From Opitutales bacterium (GTDB taxonomy: Bacteria; Verrucomicrobiota; Verrucomicrobiia; Opitutales; JABSRG01), in NCBI GenBank assembly GCA_049599475.1, contig JBMYOQ010000073.1:1-19956 (forward strand): 19,956 nt of DNA. The letters run 5' to 3'. Shown piece after piece: positions 9,854 through 17,064 of the stretch. The notes under the pieces were generated by a model that had not been told where the DNA came from, did not search any database, and saw only the letters and a program-made list of their open reading frames with translations. Numbering within the stretch: the first letter of the stretch is position 1; the number at the start of each line of letters is the position of its first letter. The translations under genes were made by a program, and so were the position numbers.

Positions 9854-10013
9854 ACTTTTGAGACCAACTCAGGAGTCTACCCCTCCCTAAATTTTGGTCA
9901 TAGTATCTATCTAATAGTTACACAAATCGGTCTCTACGTTTAAGAAAGCGGTAGTGTAGATGCTGAGTGCACTAAATATAGTATGTTTCATGCATAAACG
10001 ACCAGATGTATTG

Positions 10014-10043
10014 GGTAGGGCTGCATCCTCACGCAGCCCTACC
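10014..10043. repeat. Perfect 11-bp inverted repeat with GTAG...CTAC ends (REP-like hairpin)
   Basis: GGTAGGGCTGC-atcctcac-GCAGCCCTACC. Confidence 0.6.
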
Positions 10044-10180
10044 ATTTGATTGCGAAAACTATTTTGAGAATGGGACTTTCGAGAACTGCTCTCAGCCTGA
10101 GAATTTTATCATGCTGAGGAAAATTTTCTATCACGCCTTTGCTTTTTAGTACCCGTGATAGAGTTCAAAACTGTTTGCTC

Positions 10181-10275
10181 AAAATTACATAGGACTCTGC
10201 ATGAATCCCCAAAAAACACTGCATTAGCACGATTGTGCATTGGTTTTCAGCACTAAAGTGGATGCACGATTTGAG
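10181..10275 (+). promoter_or_regulatory. Conserved upstream element, copy 1 (upstream of the 2,047-aa gene)
   Basis: Gapless match to 16918-17012 with 10 mismatches in 95 bp. 10214-10253 is identical to 16951-16990. Contains the palindrome GCAC-gatt-GTGC. Confidence 0.7.
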
Positions 10276-10643
10276 AGCTTGGGTCATATTCTCGGTATTC
10301 CACCTATTCTTTAGGAATTTGTTATGACCCCACACCTATCCCCAATAATGACTAGGCTCGACGATGCCTGCATCCCTGTTGATGTGCCTGCGATTTCGGG
10401 GCAAGTCCTGCCGCTAGTATCTTTTTCTAAATGCAAGGATCGTAAGTCTGGATGCAGAGAGTATCTCAGAGCACGGCTGTCTGCTTCGAAATGCACAGCT
10501 CTCTTGTATCTGCTGATTCCTCCAAGTGCTTGGATTCGCGAAAGAACTCGTCTGCGGGCGTTCTACTAGGGGCTAACAAGTACATTTTACGTTTTTAATT
10601 TCTGTTACATCACCAACCTCGAGCTCACAGCTCATACTCCAAC

Positions 10644-13600
10644 ATGCACAAATACCTTAACCCAGGTGCACTATTCCTGCGTCTGATTTCAAATAATACT
10701 TGCTTAGGTTTTCAGTTTACACGGTTGTTTGCCGTTTTTGCATTTTGCCTTTTAGCCATTCGCCCTGCCCATTCGCAGGAGACCAGCTACGACCCTCCGA
10801 TTGGTCAGCGGATCGCTCTTTTTAACAAGGGTGGGTCGGCCTATGTGACCTTGGGAGGGGAAGAGGGCTTGTTGACTGCCAAGGCGGAGAGTGCTCATGG
10901 CCACATGCATCATTTCATGGTTGAGGATGTGGGGGACGGAAGTGGATATATTCGCTTAAAATCTGTTCGAGATGGGCTATATGTGACCCGTCAACAGTTT
11001 AGTAATGGCAATTATTTTCTATATGCTACGGTGGCTGAGCAGGATAAGTTGACCACTGACACCCGCCTTGAGTGGATCGAAGATGCAGATGGACTCGATA
11101 TTAAATTTGTTGGGACGGGCCAATACGCCCGATGGGGAAATGCCGGCAAAATCAGAATTGATAGTAATGGGGCAGCGGGGCGTTTCAGTTGGCACCCATC
11201 AGGCCGTGAGTATACGCCTAAGCTTCGCTTTAGAATGATCCCCGAGGATGAGCGCTGGCCTACCTTTGAGCGTATCATGGCCGCCGCAGAATTGACCGAC
11301 CGAGTGGATCCCGATGACCCAAATTCGCCTTCGCTTTTTGGCTTACCCGATGACCCTTCCTCAGAGGATTGCTCTTATGCACTGGAGGCGGCGATTGAAC
11401 ACGTTGCCCGTGGCGGAGGAGGCACCGTTTTCATTCCGGAAGGAATGTACCTAATAGAGCGACCGATCATCTTGAGAGAGAACGTGCAAATACGCGGCCG
11501 CTGGTGTGCACCTTATGATGGAACGGACGACTTGGGCTACACATATGCTCAAAAGTTAGGCACAGTCATCAAGGTCGAGTATAGCGGTGAGGATCCACTC
11601 CTGCGTGCGAGCACGCTGCAGGATTTAACATTCTGGCACTCGGCCCAAGATCCTGAGGCGGGAATTACCCCTTACTCGTGGACAGTTACAATGGGCGGTG
11701 GCGCTCCCAAGGCTTATTATCATCGCCTGACTTTTCTTAACACGAATCAAGGGGTCTATATCAATGACGGCTCTGCAGGGGATGCGGGCGATATTTATGG
11801 CTGTGCTTATGAAGTGGGGATTCGGGTGAATCCAAACTATGCGCTCGCCCAGTTTACTAACTTCAATTTTTCCCCGGAGTACCTTGAATGGGCAGGTCTG
11901 GCATCCGGATCAGCTCTCGAAGCACATAGGGCCGCAGCGCGTTTGAGTGGATCGGCGATCGAGATGTCGCGTGTAGGTGTGGGTAGCTATGTCAGGGGGC
12001 ACCGTGTTGGCTTCACAACCTTTGCGGTAGATAACCAGGGAAATGCACCTCTGAATAAAGTCGGGGGTGTCACTATTGAGGACTGCGAGATTGGCGTTCT
12101 CTTCAACAGTGGTCGGCCTTCTTGGACTCTCAGTAAATCAACGATTTCTGATTGTGATTACGCGGTCCAAGCGCCCACTGGGGGCAAACTGAACATCGAG
12201 AAATCAGAGCTTCAAAACAGTCTTCTCTATGATGTTTATGTTGAGGATAGCGAGATCTCTTTGGACGTTGCGGTCCTCGAAGGCAGTGTCGCAAATATCG
12301 GAAAAATGAAACTCAATGGCGGCGTGGTGGACGACACCGCGTTTGTTGAAGAGGAGGTTGTGGACGAAATTGAGTCCGAATTGGATGAGCGAATCGAGAC
12401 AGAGCTGGTCGTCCCAGATTATGGCGCAGACAGTCGGGATCTTCTCGTTTGGGATATATTTGATGTCACAGAGGATCGACTAGCTGACCCCAGCGACCCC
12501 ACGAGCATGGTCCCTGGCGCGGTGGGAGATGGCCTCGTCGATGACACACTCGCAATCCAGACTGCGATAGCTGCAGCCAACGCAAATGGTGGAGGCGTCG
12601 TCATGTTTCCAGGCGGGCACTACAGAGTTACTGAAAACCTAATCGATGTCGGACCGGGAGTAGAGCTCCGTGGAGCCCTTGACTGGCGGGTTCTGCAGAA
12701 CATTCCCGAACTGGGAACCTATCTCTGGCCAGATGTCCAGGACTATGCCGATGACGAGGAGAACGAAGAAGCCTTTATCCGACTTGGAGATAATTCTGGG
12801 GTCCGAGGAATGTCTTTCTTTTACCCAGGGCAAGTGGGGACTAGCCCGTTTAAACGCTATCCTTATACGATTCAGGGAAACGGTTATCGCAACTACGTGA
12901 TCTACTGCACGGGGGTGAATCCCTATCGCTTCATCAACTTTAATGGTGATGAAAATCTGCTTTCGCTGAGCTTCCCCTCGGCTTCCAAGAATGTTCTGTT
13001 TGTCAACGGCACTCAAGACGGCCGTTTCATCCGGAATAATCCAAAGCCTTTTTGGACTGGCGCCTTCCCGCGGAATGGATCTGAGGAGAGCTACAACCGC
13101 GAAATTACCAAAGAGGGTATGGTCCTCCTGCACTTGAAGGATAGCGATAACTACGGCTCTCCGTGGGGGAGTTACTGCCACGCGGGCTATCTTGGGCTAA
13201 AGGTTGAAAACTCAGGAGGCAATATTGGCCGGATCAGTTTCGAGGCCTTTCGTAATGGTCACCTTTTTGTGTCCGGAGACAAGGAGATGATCATCGCTGA
13301 TAAAAACTCCTCTCGGCAGCGGCCGGGTCCAGTGGACGGGGAGGACTCCTACTACATGAAACTCGAGGAGAATTTTACGGGCAAAGTAATCTCTCACAGT
13401 TCGGGCCCTGAAGGAGATTTTACCATAGCACTCCATATAAAAAATGGCACCTATCACAAAATAGGGGGCGATATGAGAGACCAGAAACCTCAAGTAATCG
13501 TTGTTGAGGAAAAGGGTTCTTTGATTCTGGAACGGGTCAATTTTAGAAATCCGGTCATGTTGCGTAATGAGGGATCGGTCAAATTGATCGGAAACACAGG

Positions 13601-16600
13601 CCTCAACGGACTTCCTTATCCCTACGCGAAGGAATTTGAGACGGATAACGAAGATATGGAAGTCGCCACTGCTGATATCGCGCTGGGCTTCTCGCCACAT
13701 CAAGAATTTGGACTACAAGTGAATGAGTCGGATCTTTATTTTTCCCCGAGCCAAGAATTTGAAGGGCAACCATATACAAGTGGGACTACGCGCATAGCGA
13801 CCAACAAGATCGATATCACGGTCGACGAGGCTGCCTTTTTTAATAGCTCGGAGAAAAAAGTAGAAATCGTTTTTGAAGGCTTCGTTATCGCGGGAAGCAC
13901 TTTGCAGCTCTCTTACTACAGTGAAGGTGCGTTTGTGAGTCTCGCAGAGGTCGCCTACACCGAGGATAAAGACAGGGCCAAATTCACACTGGAGAATCCT
14001 TCTTTTGGCGAGCAACTACCCGAGCATGCTGATCTACCTGATATTCGGCTCAGTGTGCTCGCTGGGGATTCTCCGCGCCTCCGTTGGATTCGTCTATCAA
14101 CAGACCTCCCGGGCAACCCTGTTTTCCAAGCAATAGACGACTTGCGAGTAGCGAACACCCCGGCGCCATACCTTACCTGGAGCGCCTTTGATAATGTGGG
14201 CACTCGCTACAACGTCTACCGGAGGGGCACCGCATCTGGAGCTTTTGGGGATCCCATCGCAACGGTCACTGAGCCTTATTATATAGACACCGAAGTGGAG
14301 GGCGACCCCACGGTTTATACTTACGTAGTCACTTCAGTGAATCCTCAAGGGTATGAGTCGGCGATCAGTTTTGATTCGACGACGAACTGGCCGGAGGAAC
14401 CAGTCGCGTTTTCCAGATCGCTACCCACAGCATTTATTTATCGTGATTACGCGGCGACGAGCTTTCTCGCTCGCGGCCAGTATCCATTCTCATGGTCTTT
14501 GGTGGAAGGCGCGCTTCCTGCAGGTTTGACCCTGAGTGGCGAGGGTACCTTAAGCGGGCAAGCGATTGAAACCGGGACTTTTAGTTTTACGCTCGAAGTT
14601 GTCGATGGGGACGGAGGAGAACAGGGTCGCCACACGTATTCTATGGCGGTTGTTCAGAACTTACCGCTCTTTGTCGAAGATTTCGAAGACGACACGGTCG
14701 ATCTTATAAACGAAGGTTTGGCATTTAGGGATGATGATGACGGATTGCGCGAAGACCGTAAAGACTTCGGCAGAAGCTACCGGCAGGCTGGGGAATATAT
14801 AGTCACAGCCAACCCTGAGAGAGTTGCGAATGAGAGCCCTCACGCGGTACTCCTAAACAATATGGATGGGGGTACTGAAAACACTCATTTCATCGATGGC
14901 ATTTTCGAAAAAGCCTATCCCGTGCACGGTCTGGAATTCTCCTTCGACTTCTACCATACCTCAGTAGATGACTCGAACCTCAAGGATGATGATGCCCTCC
15001 GATTCTATCTCGTAGGAGTGAATGAGAGTTCGTCCGAATGTCAGATCATTTTTCCACGTAACCAGATACACAACCCTGATGATGGGGGCCAAATCATGAG
15101 TCTTGCGGCTCCTACAGATGCCTGGCATCGCTTCTCTGGGCGATTTTCAGAAACAGAGGTCGGTGGAGAATTTTTGTTGGAATGGACTTTAGAAAACCTA
15201 GAAGGAGGGCTCCCTCAAGGAGGGGGTATTCTTGTAGATTTAAACGATGGTGAATGGGCGAGCAATGGGTTGGATACATCGCATGCGTCGGGAATCCGTC
15301 TGTTCACAAATGATGTAGACAATTCCCAAGGCTACCATGGCTATTTTGACAATGTAAGGGTGACCTATCGGCCGCCGGTCGACTCGCCTGATCCCGTTCA
15401 AATACTGACTCAAAGTTTACCGGAAGCGCTTCAGCACAGTTTTTATTTGGAGAAACTTGAGGCTTCTGGCGAATATCCGTTTACGTGGTCGCTGATGGAA
15501 GGTTCTCTACCTCCTGGTTTAACGCTGTATCCCGACGGCACATTGAGAGGTCTCCCGAATTCGGGAAGCATCGCCTATTTCACTGTTCAAGTGACAGACC
15601 GCAATGGAAACACCGCGACTCAAGACCTGAGTACATCCAGTCTGAGGACGCTCGTCTTCTTTGACGATTTCGAGGACGATTTCCCCCTATACACCACCAA
15701 TTCAGGCCTCGGCATACGTACCGATGTGGAAGAAGGTGGCCTAGATAAACCCGATCTTGGTGCCAGCTATTCGAATCCAGTTGGAGAGTATGAAATCCGG
15801 AATAATCCTGAAAGCGCGGGTAATGTAAGCGAACAGGTTCTGTTCTTGAATCAGATTGGCGATGGTACTCCCGATAACCACTACGTGAATGCACTCTTTA
15901 GTGAACCCACACTGGTGGATGGCCTTGAAGTAAAATTCGATTTCTATAACACGCAATTGAGCGATTCTGATCTACATTCCGGGGATGCTGTAAGGCTCTA
16001 CCTCGTGGGGTCTGATAATAACTCCATCGAGAGTGAAATTCGACTTCATCGAAACGGCGATTTCAAAATTGAAGAGTCAAATGCAGGGGCAACTCCCGTG
16101 CAAAACGCCTGGCAACGATTCACTGGCTACTTCAGAGCGAGAGACGCCTCTGGGAGCTATGATCTACATTGGACTTTGAGTAATTTGGAGACTGGCGACG
16201 TCGCTCGGGGGACTCAGATTGTTAACCTCGCCGATGGTGAGTGGGCTGCAAATGCTCTTGATACCGGTATTGCCTACGGCATTCAGATTCATGTTTACGA
16301 CAGGAAAAACAGAGAGAGTTACCTCGCTTTCGTTGATAACGTAAGTGCAAGCTCAGGGTCTACCATCCCGGCTTCTGATCGTTTTGCGGCCTGGATGTAT
16401 GGAAACCCTAACCTAAGTTTTTCTCAGGTGGATCCATTGGCGAACCTAGACGGAGGTATTCTGAATAATTTGCATGAATATGCTTTTGGTGGGGACACGA
16501 CGGATTCGAACGACGATGTCTTTTTCAGTCCCGCGATGGCATTGGATGTAAATAATGATGAAATCACACTGACATATTCTTATCTTGAGCGTAAAGATGC

Positions 16601-16787
16601 ACTGGAACGTGGCCTTTACTACATTGTGGAACATACGGTGGGGCTGGATGATTTGTGGCTCAAAGATGGGGTGACAGTTACGGAACGCACTTCTTTTAAT
16701 GAAGAGATGGATTGGGTCACCGTAAGTATCCCTGAATCTTCGAGTGATAAGCAATTTATCCGCTTGCAGATAGGATTGTTCGAGTAA
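10644..16787 (+). CDS. Secreted multidomain carbohydrate-active protein with tandem pectate-lyase-3-like beta-helix domains, family unassigned
   Basis: 2,047-aa ORF with a signal peptide (...AFCLLAIRPAHS/QE). Fascin-like beta-trefoil at ~10795-11200. Two beta-helix N-cap motifs: DCSYALEAAI..GGGGTVFIPEGMY (~11367) and GAVGDGLVDDTLAIQTAI..GGGVVMFPGGHY (~12515). FN3-like module at ~14140-14380 (LTW..YNVYR..YTYVVTSVN..GYES). Two He_PIG-type Ig modules (WSLxEGxLPxGLTL), two copies of an unknown domain, and a C-terminal domain ending KQFIRLQI. Confidence 0.85.
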   Translation: MHKYLNPGALFLRLISNNTCLGFQFTRLFAVFAFCLLAIRPAHSQETSYDPPIGQRIALFNKGGSAYVTLGGEEGLLTAKAESAHGHMHHFMVEDVGDGSGYIRLKSVRDGLYVTRQQFSNGNYFLYATVAEQDKLTTDTRLEWIEDADGLDIKFVGTGQYARWGNAGKIRIDSNGAAGRFSWHPSGREYTPKLRFRMIPEDERWPTFERIMAAAELTDRVDPDDPNSPSLFGLPDDPSSEDCSYALEAAIEHVARGGGGTVFIPEGMYLIERPIILRENVQIRGRWCAPYDGTDDLGYTYAQKLGTVIKVEYSGEDPLLRASTLQDLTFWHSAQDPEAGITPYSWTVTMGGGAPKAYYHRLTFLNTNQGVYINDGSAGDAGDIYGCAYEVGIRVNPNYALAQFTNFNFSPEYLEWAGLASGSALEAHRAAARLSGSAIEMSRVGVGSYVRGHRVGFTTFAVDNQGNAPLNKVGGVTIEDCEIGVLFNSGRPSWTLSKSTISDCDYAVQAPTGGKLNIEKSELQNSLLYDVYVEDSEISLDVAVLEGSVANIGKMKLNGGVVDDTAFVEEEVVDEIESELDERIETELVVPDYGADSRDLLVWDIFDVTEDRLADPSDPTSMVPGAVGDGLVDDTLAIQTAIAAANANGGGVVMFPGGHYRVTENLIDVGPGVELRGALDWRVLQNIPELGTYLWPDVQDYADDEENEEAFIRLGDNSGVRGMSFFYPGQVGTSPFKRYPYTIQGNGYRNYVIYCTGVNPYRFINFNGDENLLSLSFPSASKNVLFVNGTQDGRFIRNNPKPFWTGAFPRNGSEESYNREITKEGMVLLHLKDSDNYGSPWGSYCHAGYLGLKVENSGGNIGRISFEAFRNGHLFVSGDKEMIIADKNSSRQRPGPVDGEDSYYMKLEENFTGKVISHSSGPEGDFTIALHIKNGTYHKIGGDMRDQKPQVIVVEEKGSLILERVNFRNPVMLRNEGSVKLIGNTGLNGLPYPYAKEFETDNEDMEVATADIALGFSPHQEFGLQVNESDLYFSPSQEFEGQPYTSGTTRIATNKIDITVDEAAFFNSSEKKVEIVFEGFVIAGSTLQLSYYSEGAFVSLAEVAYTEDKDRAKFTLENPSFGEQLPEHADLPDIRLSVLAGDSPRLRWIRLSTDLPGNPVFQAIDDLRVANTPAPYLTWSAFDNVGTRYNVYRRGTASGAFGDPIATVTEPYYIDTEVEGDPTVYTYVVTSVNPQGYESAISFDSTTNWPEEPVAFSRSLPTAFIYRDYAATSFLARGQYPFSWSLVEGALPAGLTLSGEGTLSGQAIETGTFSFTLEVVDGDGGEQGRHTYSMAVVQNLPLFVEDFEDDTVDLINEGLAFRDDDDGLREDRKDFGRSYRQAGEYIVTANPERVANESPHAVLLNNMDGGTENTHFIDGIFEKAYPVHGLEFSFDFYHTSVDDSNLKDDDALRFYLVGVNESSSECQIIFPRNQIHNPDDGGQIMSLAAPTDAWHRFSGRFSETEVGGEFLLEWTLENLEGGLPQGGGILVDLNDGEWASNGLDTSHASGIRLFTNDVDNSQGYHGYFDNVRVTYRPPVDSPDPVQILTQSLPEALQHSFYLEKLEASGEYPFTWSLMEGSLPPGLTLYPDGTLRGLPNSGSIAYFTVQVTDRNGNTATQDLSTSSLRTLVFFDDFEDDFPLYTTNSGLGIRTDVEEGGLDKPDLGASYSNPVGEYEIRNNPESAGNVSEQVLFLNQIGDGTPDNHYVNALFSEPTLVDGLEVKFDFYNTQLSDSDLHSGDAVRLYLVGSDNNSIESEIRLHRNGDFKIEESNAGATPVQNAWQRFTGYFRARDASGSYDLHWTLSNLETGDVARGTQIVNLADGEWAANALDTGIAYGIQIHVYDRKNRESYLAFVDNVSASSGSTIPASDRFAAWMYGNPNLSFSQVDPLANLDGGILNNLHEYAFGGDTTDSNDDVFFSPAMALDVNNDEITLTYSYLERKDALERGLYYIVEHTVGLDDLWLKDGVTVTERTSFNEEMDWVTVSIPESSSDKQFIRLQIGLFE
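14403..16350 (+). repeat. Tandem duplication of [He_PIG Ig module + unknown ~230-aa domain] within the 2,047-aa gene
   Basis: Units ~14403-15370 and ~15395-16350 share YPF[ST]WSLxEGxLPxGLTL, DFEDD, GxSY, GEY..NPE, FDFYxT, DAxRxYLVG, AWxRFxGxF, WTLxNLExG, LxDGEWAxNxLDT and DNV. Confidence 0.85.
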
Positions 16788-16917
16788 TTGAAAGTAAAAT
16801 ACATGAGCGATGTGGTGTACCCCGGGTATTCATTCGTGCCTCCTCTTAGTTTATACAGCTCTAACCGGTTACGTGATAATTTATATTCAAAAAGATTTGG
16901 GATAAAAGAGTTTGATT

Positions 16918-17012
16918 AAAATTACATAGGAATCGGCGTGAATGCCCGACAAACACTGCATTAGCACGATTGTGCATTGGTTTTCAGCACCATAGTGGAT
17001 GCGTGATTTGAG
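16918..17012 (+). promoter_or_regulatory. Conserved upstream element, copy 2 (upstream of the GH10-like gene)
   Basis: Direct-repeat homologue of 10181-10275 (85/95 identical, offset 6737 nt). It ends ~52 nt before ATG 17065. Confidence 0.7.
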
Positions 17013-17064
17013 TCTTTGATACATAGTGGAAGATCCACCACAAGTGATCTCCAAGAGACTTAGA

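Noticed and set aside
10224..10240. Sigma-54-like reading of TTAGCACGATTGTGCAT in the conserved element
   Set aside because: It has AG instead of the invariant GG, and the spacing to GC is 9 rather than 10 nt.
10324..10569. 81-aa ORF as a confident CDS, and apparent ~45-nt periodic GTATCT motifs within it
   Set aside because: There are no protein motifs, and the recurring 6-7-mers are too short and their surroundings too dissimilar to be an array or CRISPR. It is kept only as a finding because of its start-codon alignment.
16818..16871. Short palindromes TACCC-C-GGGTA and TAACCGGTTA after gene 2
   Set aside because: They are too short to form a terminator, have no U-tract and are not repeated at the other element copy.
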